A stretch of DNA of 64,000 nucleotides, from NCBI GenBank assembly GCA_963825525.1, contig CAWGTN010000002.1, forward strand, positions 1,216,001 through 1,280,000, read 5' to 3'. Of the stretch, positions 1 through 10,897 are shown in pieces (position 1 is the stretch's first letter; the number at the start of each line of letters is the position of its first letter). The translations under genes and the position numbers were made by a program. Below the pieces are notes generated by a model. That model had not been told where the DNA came from. It saw only the letters and a program-made list of their open reading frames with translations, and ran no database searches. Origin of the DNA: an uncultured Chloroflexia bacterium. Lineage in GTDB: Bacteria > Chloroflexota > Limnocylindria > QHBO01.

Positions 1-54
1 CCACACGGCGAGGAACGCGGCCAGGCTGAGGACAGCGGCGCCGATGCGCTTCAC
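1..54 (-). CDS. N-terminal fragment of ABC permease (NitT/TauT family, RibX-like); runs off window
   Basis: GTG at 52-54 overlaps the ATPase stop (GTGA); reads MKRIGAAVLSLAAFLAVW, a hydrophobic first TM helix. Confidence 0.6.
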   Translation of the reverse strand, partial: MKRIGAAVLSLAAFLAVW

Positions 55-872
55 GCCACGCCCTCCGACCAGGGTCTCAGCTCGACGGCGTGGGACGCGG
101 CCAGTGCCTCGCGCACGTCGGCTGCGAGCGCCGCCGTGGCGGGCTCGCCGATGAGCCCCGGTCCGCGGGGCCGCGGCAGCGCGACGTCCACGGTGCGGGT
201 CACGCGCCCCGGGCGCGGCGCCATGACGACCACGCGATCAGCAAGCTGGATTGCCTCGATGACGCTGTGAGTCACGAGCACGACGGTGCGCGGGCGGTCC
301 ATCCACAGCCGCTGGAGCTCGGTGTTGAAGGTTTCGCGGGTGAGCGCATCGAGGGCGCTGAAAGGCTCGTCGAGGAGCAGGACCGGTGGGTCGCTGATGA
401 GCGCGCGAGCCAGTCCGGCCCGCTGCGCCATACCTCCGGACAGCTCGCGCGGCCGAAGCCCGGCGGCGACTCCCAGGCCGACCCTTTCGAGCGCGGCCAG
501 CGCCCGCTCGCGACGCGCTCTCGGAGCAACGCCGGTGATCTCGAGTGGCAGGGCCACGTTGTCCAGGGTGGAGCGCCACGGAACGAGCCGCGGCTGCTGG
601 AATGCGAGACCCACCCGTCCGTAGCCCGGGCGCGGTGTCCGGCCACCGACCGCCACGCTTCCGCCGGACGGCGCGAGAAGACCGGCAATGAGCCTTAGGA
701 GTGTGCTCTTGCCGCACCCGTTCGGCCCGATCACGACGTTGAACGACCCTGCCGCGATGTCCAGGTTGAGGCCGCCGAGCGCCTGCACCTCGCCCGCGGG
801 CGACGAGAAGCGCATGTCGACCTCACGGATCGAGATGTCCAGGCCCGGGTCGTCCGCGCTGTTCACGCTCAT
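51..872 (-). CDS. ABC transporter ATP-binding protein, NitT/TauT family; probable riboflavin uptake
   Basis: Walker A GPNGCGKS, LSGGM signature, LLLDEPF, VTH; lies directly downstream of an FMN riboswitch; start taken at ATG 872. Confidence 0.9.
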   Translation of the reverse strand: MSVNSADDPGLDISIREVDMRFSSPAGEVQALGGLNLDIAAGSFNVVIGPNGCGKSTLLRLIAGLLAPSGGSVAVGGRTPRPGYGRVGLAFQQPRLVPWRSTLDNVALPLEITGVAPRARRERALAALERVGLGVAAGLRPRELSGGMAQRAGLARALISDPPVLLLDEPFSALDALTRETFNTELQRLWMDRPRTVVLVTHSVIEAIQLADRVVVMAPRPGRVTRTVDVALPRPRGPGLIGEPATAALAADVREALAASHAVELRPWSEGVA

Positions 873-951
873 CGGGTGCTCCCATGTCGTCGATTCGATC
901 GCGCACGGGGCCACGCCATCGCTCCCCACCACGACACGGCGGGGCGCGTGG

Positions 952-1110
952 TCGTCTTCTCCCTTCCGGACTGTGACCGTCGGCCCTGTCTGCTCCGGCG
1001 TGCGCCGGAGGTCAGGTCAGCCGCACCAGCGACAGTGCCGATGCGGTTCGCGGGCTGGCTCGGTGAGGAGCCGACCGCCGGTGGGGACTTTCACCCCGCC
1101 CCGAAGACGA
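952..1110 (-). ncRNA. FMN riboswitch (RFN element)
   Basis: Minus strand reads UCUUCGGGGCGGGGUGAAAGUCCCCACCGGCGGU...AGCCCGCGA...GCCGACGGUCACAGUCCGGAAGGGAGAAGA; P1 UCGUCUUC/GAAGACGA. Confidence 0.93.
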
Positions 1111-1154
1111 TTTGGTTCGATTGGCATCGATCGTGGCATGGCCGACTCGCGCGG

Positions 1155-1826
1155 TCAACCGGCCTCGGCATCGCCTCGCTTGGCGAGCAGCCATCGCACC
1201 ACCAGCAGGCCGATGACGGCCAGCACCACGGCATAGATGACGTACTCGTACGGCTTGAGCGCCGCCTCGATCTCGACGTAGTTCTCGCCGACCACGAAGC
1301 CGGCGTAGATGAGCGCGGCATTCCAGGGCAGCGAGCCCAGGGTGCTGAAGAGGAGGAAGCGACCCATCGGCATGCGACTGATGCCGGCCGGGTAGCTCAC
1401 GAAGGTGCGGACCAGCGGCACCATGCGGCCGAAGAAGACGGCCCACGAACCCCATCGCTCGAACCATCGGTCCGCCCTGTCGAGATCGGGTGCGCCGATA
1501 CCGACATAGCGGCCGAATCGGTCCAGCAGGGGTCGGCCTCCCCACGCGCCGATGTAGTAGCCGACCAGCGCCCCGACGACGCTGCCCACCGTCGCCAGGA
1601 TCACCGCGAGCGGGATGTTCCACGGCAGCCCGGTGAGTGGTTCGAGCACCGATGGATCGGCGGCGGACTGGCTGACCTTCCATCCCGCCATCGGCAGGAT
1701 GACCTCGGACGGGATGGGCGCGACGATGGTCTCGAGTGCCACGGCCACCCCGACGCCGACGTAGCCGACCGAGTCGTACATCTGAAGGACGAACGGGATG
1801 ACCTGCTGGTCGATGAAGTCGAGCAG
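1155..1826 (-). CDS. DedA family membrane protein
   Basis: PIPSEVILPMAG and FFGRMVPLVRTFVSYPAG motifs; the frame extends upstream of ATG 1781 to a possible CTG at 1826 (start uncertain). Confidence 0.9.
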   Translation of the reverse strand: MLDFIDQQVIPFVLQMYDSVGYVGVGVAVALETIVAPIPSEVILPMAGWKVSQSAADPSVLEPLTGLPWNIPLAVILATVGSVVGALVGYYIGAWGGRPLLDRFGRYVGIGAPDLDRADRWFERWGSWAVFFGRMVPLVRTFVSYPAGISRMPMGRFLLFSTLGSLPWNAALIYAGFVVGENYVEIEAALKPYEYVIYAVVLAVIGLLVVRWLLAKRGDAEAG

Positions 1827-1831
1827 TGCCC

Positions 1832-2593
1832 CTAGCCCCCGGCCTGGGTGCGTCGTGGTACCGCCACGCGTCGCTCGCCCGAGGCGGCGCGCTCGGCCTG
1901 GGCAGCCAGCTCACGGGCGCGCGCCCGCTCGTCAACCCTGAGGACGTGGACCGCGACAAGGATCGCGAGCAGCGCGGCGCCGGCCATCAGGCCGCCCACG
2001 ATGTCCATCGGGTAGTGCGCTCCGAGATAGATGCGGGTGGCGCTGATGGCGCCGACGAAGATCGCCGCCACGACGTACGCGATCTGGCCCTGGCGGTAAT
2101 CGTGGGCGAGCCGCGCAACGCTGAACGCGGCGATGCCATACAGGACCGTGGCCCGCAATGCGTGACCGGCAGGAAAGTCGGCGATGTCATCGAGCCCCAC
2201 GTTGTTGACGTTGACGATCGCGCCGAGGAGCGCGGTGAAGCTGATGGCGTCGGACGAGGTGAAGTACTTCAGCGCCCACTCCATCGGGAAGGCGAGCGTC
2301 CCGAGCGCGAAGAGCAGCGCCAGGTCGCGCCGGCCCTTGGCCAGCGACAGGAGCCCGAGACCGGCAAAGGCCAGGGCCACGAACCATCCACTTCCCAGCG
2401 CGCTGATGGCAATCACCAGGAACTCGACCGGAGCAAGGTTGCTCTCGACCCACCCCCGGATGGCCGGGATGATGGTCGTCATCATCCATTCCTCGGGGGC
2501 CGTGTAGACGGTCGTGCGCTTGAGCATCACGAGCCAGAACAGCCCGGGCAGGGCGATCACCGCCAGCAGGAAGGCCGCGGCCGGGCTGGGCAC
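1832..2593 (-). CDS. PAP2-family membrane phosphatase
   Basis: FPAGH (C2) and TRIYLGAHYPMD (C3) motifs, several TM helices; GTG 2593 preceded by GGAGGAG. Confidence 0.8.
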   Translation of the reverse strand: MPSPAAAFLLAVIALPGLFWLVMLKRTTVYTAPEEWMMTTIIPAIRGWVESNLAPVEFLVIAISALGSGWFVALAFAGLGLLSLAKGRRDLALLFALGTLAFPMEWALKYFTSSDAISFTALLGAIVNVNNVGLDDIADFPAGHALRATVLYGIAAFSVARLAHDYRQGQIAYVVAAIFVGAISATRIYLGAHYPMDIVGGLMAGAALLAILVAVHVLRVDERARARELAAQAERAASGERRVAVPRRTQAGG

Positions 2594-2685
2594 TGCTCCT
2601 CCGAGGTCATGCGCTGCCTCGTCGCTCACCACGAGGCGTCTCATCGGGTCAGGCAGCCGTCGCACGGTGCGTAGTATAGGGATCG

Positions 2686-4215
2686 ATGCCGCCGCTACCG
2701 CTCTCTGGCCGGGACCTCACCATCGACAACGTGATCGAGGTGGCGCGTGGACGACGGCAGGTCGCGCTGGACCCCCATGCCGCCACCCGGATGCGGGCGT
2801 CACGCCAGATCGTCGAGAAGCTCGTGGCCGACGGCGCCACGGCGTATGGCATCACCACCGGCTTCGGTGACCTCGCCGATGTCCGCATCGAGCCGGATCT
2901 GACCGCCGAGCTACAGCGGAACCTCGTCCGATCCCACGCGGCCGGTGTGGGCCAGCCATTGCCCGACGACGTGGTGCGCGCGATGCTCGTCCTGCGAGCC
3001 AATACCCTTGCCATCGGCCTGTCGGGCGCGCGCGTCGAAGTGGCAGACCTGCTGATCGGCATGCTCAACGGCGCCGTTCACCCGGTGATCCCGGCGCGGG
3101 GCAGCCTCGGCGCCTCCGGGGACCTCGCGCCGCTCGCGCACCTGGCCCTGGTGATGATCGGAGAGGGCGCGGCGACCGTCGACGGCGCCGGACCGGGGCC
3201 GGGTGCCGAGGCACTCGAACGTGCCGGACTCGCACCGCTCGAGCTGCAGGCCAAGGAGGGCCTCGCACTGCTGAACGGGACGCAGCTGATGGCTGGCATC
3301 GGCGCCCTCGCGCACCACGATGCGCTGAGGCTGGCCCTGACCGCCGACGTGGTGGGTGCCATGAGCCTCGAGGCGATGCTCGGCACCGGCGCGGCATTCG
3401 ACGAGCGACTGGTGGCGGCGCGACCACACGCCGGCCAGGTGGCATCGGCGGCACACCTCCGAGCGCTGCTGGCCGACAGCCAGATCGCCGCCTCGCACGC
3501 GCAGAGCGATCACCGCGTGCAGGACGCCTACAGCCTGCGCTGCATGCCCCAGGTCCACGGCGCTGCGCGGGACGCCATCGCCGAGCTGGCCAGGGTGCTC
3601 TCGGTGGAGATCAATTCCGTCACGGACAACCCGCTCGTCTTCCCGACCGGCGAGATCGTCTCGGGCGGCAATTTCCACGGTGAGCCGGTGGCCATGGCAC
3701 TCGACTACGCGACGATCGCGGTCGCCGAGCTGGCCTCGATCTCTGAACGTCGTACGGCTCGCCTGGTGGACGCGCACCTCTCCGGGTTGCCCGCCTTCCT
3801 CGCGGAGCGGCCGGGGGTCGAGAGCGGGCTGATGATCGCGCACTACACCGCGGCGGCCCTCGTCAACGAGCTCCAGACGCTGGCCCACCCATCGTCCGTC
3901 GACACCATCCCGACCAGCGCCAACCAGGAGGACCACGTGAGCATGGGCGGGACGGCGGCGCTGCACCTGCGCGAGGCGGTCGACCGCGCCGAGCTCGTCC
4001 TTGCCATCGAAGCGCTGTGCGCCGCCCAAGGCCTGGACTTTCGGGCGCCGATGCGTCCGGGAGCCGGCGTGGCGGCGGCGCATGCCCGCATCAGGACCCG
4101 GGTGCCCCACCTCGACGCGGACCGACCCCCGTCGCCGGACATCTCGGCCGTCCGCGAGCTGGTCCACTCTGGCGAGCTCCTCGCCAATGGCGCGACGCAG
4201 ACGGCACATGGCTGA
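2686..4215 (+). CDS. hutH: Histidine ammonia-lyase
   Basis: YGITTGFG, MIO motif GASGDLAPL, QDAYSLRC, SGGNFHG, NQEDHVSM. Confidence 0.97.
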   Translation: MPPLPLSGRDLTIDNVIEVARGRRQVALDPHAATRMRASRQIVEKLVADGATAYGITTGFGDLADVRIEPDLTAELQRNLVRSHAAGVGQPLPDDVVRAMLVLRANTLAIGLSGARVEVADLLIGMLNGAVHPVIPARGSLGASGDLAPLAHLALVMIGEGAATVDGAGPGPGAEALERAGLAPLELQAKEGLALLNGTQLMAGIGALAHHDALRLALTADVVGAMSLEAMLGTGAAFDERLVAARPHAGQVASAAHLRALLADSQIAASHAQSDHRVQDAYSLRCMPQVHGAARDAIAELARVLSVEINSVTDNPLVFPTGEIVSGGNFHGEPVAMALDYATIAVAELASISERRTARLVDAHLSGLPAFLAERPGVESGLMIAHYTAAALVNELQTLAHPSSVDTIPTSANQEDHVSMGGTAALHLREAVDRAELVLAIEALCAAQGLDFRAPMRPGAGVAAAHARIRTRVPHLDADRPPSPDISAVRELVHSGELLANGATQTAHG

Positions 4216-4960
4216 CCTGCACTTCGAGCTCGTCGACGAGCAGAGCCTCGAGCGGATTCCCGCGCCCGCCCGGCCCGGGGCCCGATGCCAGACCTGCGAC
4301 TACTGGGAGCGAATCGACGGGACCCGTGACGCTCCGGCGAGCGACGCCACGGATGCCGCCGCGCGGGCCGCGCTCAAGCGCCGGCGTCTCCTGGCGGGCC
4401 AGGAGGTTGCGGGTGCGTACGCCATGATCGCGTATCGGCGCGTCGGCCCCGACCGACCGGCCGTTGGCTACGCGCAGTTCGGACCACTCAGCGCCTATCC
4501 GCGTGCACAGTCGATCCGTGAGCGGTACCCCCAGCTGCCGGACTCGCCGGCTCCGTGGGTCATCACCTGCCTGCAGGTCCTGGCGGGCGTCGACGATCGC
4601 GACGAGGCAGCGGCCGCGCTGCTGGACGCCGTGTGTGACGAGCTCGACGGTCGGGGCATCACGGCGGTGGAGGCGTATCCCGAGAGCGCCAGCGACCCAT
4701 GGATCCCCTCTCCGGGACCGGCATCGGTCTACGCGGCGGCGCACTTCGACCTGGCCGCCGGCGACGAGCGGTATCCCGTCTTCCGCCGCGAGCTGACGGG
4801 CGAGACGGATGCCGATGCGTGGGCCGGCCTGCTGGCGGCGAGTGCGCCTGACGAGGGCGACGATTGGCCGCTGCCGCTCCCGCCCACTCGCGACCCGGAT
4901 GACCTGTTCCGGCTGCCGCCCGACGGTCCGAAGCGGCCCAATCCGTTCGGCGAGGACTGA
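4208..4960 (+). CDS. GNAT-like protein with N-terminal CxxC
   Basis: CQTCDYWE, VGYAQFGP, WVITCL, AVEAYP; start overlaps the end of hutH. Confidence 0.65.
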   Translation: MADLHFELVDEQSLERIPAPARPGARCQTCDYWERIDGTRDAPASDATDAAARAALKRRRLLAGQEVAGAYAMIAYRRVGPDRPAVGYAQFGPLSAYPRAQSIRERYPQLPDSPAPWVITCLQVLAGVDDRDEAAAALLDAVCDELDGRGITAVEAYPESASDPWIPSPGPASVYAAAHFDLAAGDERYPVFRRELTGETDADAWAGLLAASAPDEGDDWPLPLPPTRDPDDLFRLPPDGPKRPNPFGED

Positions 4961-4963
4961 GGC

Positions 4964-4992
4964 TGCAAGAATCCGGGCATCTCGGCTGTTGT
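4964..4992 (+). promoter_or_regulatory. Possible ECF-type autoregulatory promoter
   Basis: TGCAAG-N17-TGTTGT immediately upstream of an ECF sigma gene. Confidence 0.3.
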
Positions 4993-5002
4993 ACGAGATG
5001 AC

Positions 5003-5500
5003 ATGGAGGGGATCGCCCAGATGACCCAGGCCTCGGACCGCGAATCGGCCTTCGCCGATATCGTTGCTGAGCACTATCCGGGACTCGTTCGACGGCTGAC
5101 CGCGGTCCTGCGCGACCCGGAGGCAGCACGGGACCTCGCGCAGGAAACATATCTCCGCGCTCATCGCTCGTGGCATCGATTCGACGGCGCCGATCCCCGC
5201 GCCTGGCTGCACACGATCGGTCTCCGGCTCGCCTTCAACGAGCGCGATCGACGGGCCAGATGGGGACGGCTGGTGAGCACCGGTGCCGAGAACGCAAGCT
5301 GGGTCGCCCCGGAAGACCACGGCCTGCACGAGGCCCTCGGGCTCTTGCGGCGCGAGCATCGGGCCGCGCTCCTGCTGACGATGGTCGACGGCTATACCCA
5401 GGCCGAGGCAGCCGCGATGCTCGACGTCGCCCCCGGGACGGTGGCGAGCTGGATCTCACGGGCCAGGACACAGCTGCGGGAGGCGCTCCGAGATGCGTGA
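5003..5500 (+). CDS. ECF RNA polymerase sigma factor
   Basis: ARDLAQETY and RAWLHTI (region 2); EAAAMLDVAPGTVASWISRAR (region 4.2). Confidence 0.9.
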   Translation: MEGIAQMTQASDRESAFADIVAEHYPGLVRRLTAVLRDPEAARDLAQETYLRAHRSWHRFDGADPRAWLHTIGLRLAFNERDRRARWGRLVSTGAENASWVAPEDHGLHEALGLLRREHRAALLLTMVDGYTQAEAAAMLDVAPGTVASWISRARTQLREALRDA

Positions 5501-6932
5501 CGATCAATTCGACGAAGCTCTCGCGCGTCGCCTGCGCGCCTACGAGGACCACCTGTCGGTCGCCGACGGACCAGCCTCCGCCGGGAGGCCTCGGTCCCGC
5601 GGCGTCGGATGGGCGGTGCTGGCAGGAGGCGGGGCGGCGGCCCTCGCGGCTGGCGCGCTGGCGTTCGCCGTGTTCAACGGGGCGCTAAGCGGTCCCACCG
5701 GTGGGCCATCAACGGCATCCGCATCGCCGTCTCCGTCAGCCTCCGCGGTGCCATCGGAGGTGCCATCGGCCAGCGCCACGTCGGAGCCGTCGGCCCCACC
5801 GGCGAGCAACGCTCCGACGCCGGGGCCGATCACGGGTCTGCCTGACTCTTGGACGGTCTCGGCGCAATTTACCGATCCCGAAGGACGCTACCTGGTGACC
5901 GATCTCGTCGAGTGGTCGGACGAGCTCGTCGCCGTGGGCGCGCGCTGGAGCGCTCCGTCCCAGGGCGTCTACGGACCGCCGCCGGTGCTGGCCGGGACCG
6001 TGTGGCGATCCGGCGACGGCTTGACGTGGACGGACGTGTCACCGGTCGGCCCCGATGAAGGCGAGCAATTGTTCGTCGAACTGTCCCTCGAGCATGTGTT
6101 TGTGACATCGGACGGCTCACTGGTCGTCGTCGGCGAGTCGTGGCCGGAAGCCCGCACCGGGACCCAACCATCGGGATTCGCGTGGGAGACACACGACGGA
6201 GAGACCTGGAATCCGTACGTGTTCACGGGCATGCCGGCCGGTGTCCACGTCCCGCTGATGGAGAGTGGAGCGCGAGGGCACGTGGCCGCAACGCGCGACG
6301 ATGCCGGGATGGCGATCTGGCATTCGCCGGACGGACGGCAATGGGCGAAGGCCCTCGACATCGCATCCGTCGCCGACCTCGGTGCCGGCGACGAGGGGTT
6401 CGCTGCCGTGGTGCGCGACGAGGGCAGCGATTTCCTGGAGGCGCGCATCATCGCGTCGGGCGACGGCCTGACATGGGTGGATGCGGACACTCCATCGGGT
6501 GAGGTGTCGGCCGTCGGCGCCATCGGTCCCGACTGGTTGACAGCGGGCACGGCGTTCGACGGCGACGTGGAAACTGAAAACACAGCCCGGACGTGGACGT
6601 CGGAGAACGCACTGACCTGGAGCGAGATCGTGAGCCTTCGCCTCGGTCGAATCGGTGAGGACCCGCCGTGTCTCGAGACCGTTGGTGGCCTCGAGATCAC
6701 CGGCCCGATCGCGATCTTGACCACGGGTCGGTGCGGGGAGGGCGGCGTGGTCACGGCGGGAAGTGCTTACGGAAGCTTCGATGCCGGAGGTTGGGAGCCG
6801 CTGCCGTTCGGTGACTACGCCCGCGTCAGCGGGATCGCGCGCATCGGCGATCGCCTCGTCGTGGTCACCGACACGCTGACGGGAAACGCGCCGGAGATCG
6901 GCGTGACGTTCTGGGTGGGCGCGCTGCCATGA
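5493..6932 (+). CDS. Putative anti-sigma factor: single TM, S/P linker, extracellular BNR/Asp-box beta-propeller
   Basis: Overlaps the sigma gene; repeated Asp-box motifs WRSGDGLTW, THDGETW, SPDGRQW, SGDGLTW. Confidence 0.7.
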   Translation: MRDDQFDEALARRLRAYEDHLSVADGPASAGRPRSRGVGWAVLAGGGAAALAAGALAFAVFNGALSGPTGGPSTASASPSPSASAVPSEVPSASATSEPSAPPASNAPTPGPITGLPDSWTVSAQFTDPEGRYLVTDLVEWSDELVAVGARWSAPSQGVYGPPPVLAGTVWRSGDGLTWTDVSPVGPDEGEQLFVELSLEHVFVTSDGSLVVVGESWPEARTGTQPSGFAWETHDGETWNPYVFTGMPAGVHVPLMESGARGHVAATRDDAGMAIWHSPDGRQWAKALDIASVADLGAGDEGFAAVVRDEGSDFLEARIIASGDGLTWVDADTPSGEVSAVGAIGPDWLTAGTAFDGDVETENTARTWTSENALTWSEIVSLRLGRIGEDPPCLETVGGLEITGPIAILTTGRCGEGGVVTAGSAYGSFDAGGWEPLPFGDYARVSGIARIGDRLVVVTDTLTGNAPEIGVTFWVGALP

Positions 6933-6962
6933 TCGGGTGAGGTCCGCGCGTATCATCGGCGG

Positions 6963-8640
<1,678 letters not shown>

Positions 8641-8647
8641 CCGCCTG

Positions 8648-9811
8648 ATGACGAGGCGCTCGGCCGACGAGCCGTTGCCCGGTCCGCCCGATCCATGGGA
8701 GCCGTCGCAGATGCCGGCCTTCCGGGGGAGGGCGCCGTACCTGATGAGCGAGATGATCGCCGCCGAACCGGCCATGGCGGAACGGCTGCTCCATCGCCTT
8801 CCCGCCCAGCCCGGCTTCGAGCAGCTGGTTCTGGAGATCCAGGCTGCCAGGCAGCGTGGGCAGCCGATCATCACCACCGGGTGCGGGACATCCGAGCACG
8901 CGGCAATGGCCGTGGCCGCCCTCCTGAACGAGGCGCTCGACCTGCCGGCCGGGGCAGACATCCACTCCGTCCAGGCGCTGGAGCTGCTCGCCCGCCCGCC
9001 CTCTCGCGGCCTGCTCATCGCGGTCTCCCACGAGGGCGGGACGGCCATGACCAATGCGGCCCTGCGTTCCGCAAGGGATGCGGGTGCCGCCACCGCGCTC
9101 ATCACCGTCGGCCCCGGCTCACCGGGAGCCGAGCTGGCGCAGACTATCGTCACAACCGAGGAGCAGGATCAGAGCTGGTGTCACACGGTCGGCTATCTCT
9201 CGCCGGTCCTCGTCGGGGTGGCGCTGGCCGCCCGACTCGGCGGGCGGAAGCTCGACGTTCTCGGCGTCCGGGCCCTGCTCGACGGCGGGCGTGAGCCGCA
9301 GGCCGCGGCGACGCTCGCTTCGGCGCTGGCCGAGTGCGATCGAATCCTGGTCGCGGGATCGGGCGTCGACCACGTATCGGCCCGTGAGCTGGCCCTGAAG
9401 ATCGCCGAGGGAGCGCATCTGCCCACATCGGCCCACGAACTCGAAACCCTCCTCCACGGACACCTCGCCGCAGCCACGCGCTGGACGGGGTTGGTCCTGG
9501 TGATGGCGGGGTCGGCCCCGAGCGCCGCGGTCCGAGAGCGCGGCGCGGCACTGCTGGCAGCCGCCGCCGCATTGTCGATCCCGACGGCAGCAATCCTGTC
9601 CGCCGCGGTTGCCGCGACCATTTCATCCGACGCGACGCCGGCCGGCCGGGTCGTCCTGCCACGAGAGGGAAGGATGCCCGGGTCGACCCCCGCGCTGCTC
9701 GGCGCGGCAATGGCGCTTCAGCTGATCACCGAACGCCTGGCGCGCACGAGGAATATCAACCCCGACACGCTGGGTCGTGAGGATGTAGCGCAGGCCGCCG
9801 CCCACGCCTGA
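8648..9811 (+). CDS. Double SIS-domain sugar-phosphate isomerase/deaminase (GlmS C-terminal/FrlB-like)
   Basis: GCGTSEHA, SHEGGT, ELALKIAE, HGH, NPD; no glutaminase domain. Confidence 0.8.
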   Translation: MTRRSADEPLPGPPDPWEPSQMPAFRGRAPYLMSEMIAAEPAMAERLLHRLPAQPGFEQLVLEIQAARQRGQPIITTGCGTSEHAAMAVAALLNEALDLPAGADIHSVQALELLARPPSRGLLIAVSHEGGTAMTNAALRSARDAGAATALITVGPGSPGAELAQTIVTTEEQDQSWCHTVGYLSPVLVGVALAARLGGRKLDVLGVRALLDGGREPQAAATLASALAECDRILVAGSGVDHVSARELALKIAEGAHLPTSAHELETLLHGHLAAATRWTGLVLVMAGSAPSAAVRERGAALLAAAAALSIPTAAILSAAVAATISSDATPAGRVVLPREGRMPGSTPALLGAAMALQLITERLARTRNINPDTLGREDVAQAAAHA

Positions 9812-10897
9812 TCAGCCGCGCCTGAGAAGCTCGAACAGGCGGACGTAGAAGCGAAGGTTGTGCAACGTGGCGAGCCGTTCCGCGGAGACATCCCCCACCT
9901 TGAAGAGGTGATGGAGATAGGCGGCGGAGTGCTTCGCGCACAGCGGGCAGTCGCATCCGTCCTCGACCGGCATATGGTCCACGCGGTACTCCGGGTCATG
10001 GATACGCACCGCGCGGTAGAAGTGGTCCCCTGACGACGGCGCCCGATCGGCCCAGCCGGTTCGAAAGGCATACAGCCGCCCATGCCGCGCATCGCGCGTC
10101 GGCAGGGCGCAGTCGAAGATCGAGTAGCCCAGCTCGAATGCCGTGACGACGTGGTCAGGCCGGCCGATGCCGAGGGCGTGCTTGGGGGCTTCGGGTGGCA
10201 GGGATTGCGCGACCCAGCCCAATGGGTCGGCGAGGAGCGCACTGTCGGCGTCGAGTGGCCAGCCGCCGAAGCCATAGCCGTCGAACCCGATCGACGCCAG
10301 CTCGGTTGCGCACTGCCGCCTCAGAACCTCGGATCCCCCGCCCTGGACGACCGCGAAGATCTGCGGCGGATCGTCGAGCTTGCGCTCCGCGACCTGCCGA
10401 TCAAACTCCTCGCGGCTCCGCCGTGCCCAGCGCACGGTCCGCTCGACCGACCGTTCCTGCTCGGCCTCTGGCGCATCGGCGTCCGTGCAGTCGTCCAGGC
10501 AGACCGCGATGTCGCTGCCGAGCTGAAACTGGAGGCCGATGATCCGTTCGGGCGTCAGGTTCCACTTCTCGCCGGTCGATGGCTCGCGGAAGATGACCTC
10601 GTTGTCGCGGATGACCCCGCGGTTCGGATCCTGGCGGATGAGGCTCCAGACCTGGAAGCCGCCCGAGTCGGACAGGATCGGCCCATCCCAGTCCATGAAG
10701 CGATGGATCCCGCCTGCCGACTGGATGACCCGCGCCCCCGGCCGCCGCAGGAGATGGAAGGCGTTGACGACCAGGGCCTCGATGCCGACGCGCCGCAGAT
10801 CGTCGCTGGATACGGCGCGCACGCCGGCCCGGGTGGCATCGGGCAGGAAGGTCGGCACCGCCAGGGCTCCGCGTCGTGAGACGAGCCGTTCAGCCAC
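9812..10897 (-). CDS. tgt: tRNA-guanine transglycosylase (divergent)
   Basis: DSGGFQ, LDDC, VQGG, FDCALPTR, Zn site CDCPLC...HN. Confidence 0.9.
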   Translation of the reverse strand: MAERLVSRRGALAVPTFLPDATRAGVRAVSSDDLRRVGIEALVVNAFHLLRRPGARVIQSAGGIHRFMDWDGPILSDSGGFQVWSLIRQDPNRGVIRDNEVIFREPSTGEKWNLTPERIIGLQFQLGSDIAVCLDDCTDADAPEAEQERSVERTVRWARRSREEFDRQVAERKLDDPPQIFAVVQGGGSEVLRRQCATELASIGFDGYGFGGWPLDADSALLADPLGWVAQSLPPEAPKHALGIGRPDHVVTAFELGYSIFDCALPTRDARHGRLYAFRTGWADRAPSSGDHFYRAVRIHDPEYRVDHMPVEDGCDCPLCAKHSAAYLHHLFKVGDVSAERLATLHNLRFYVRLFELLRRG

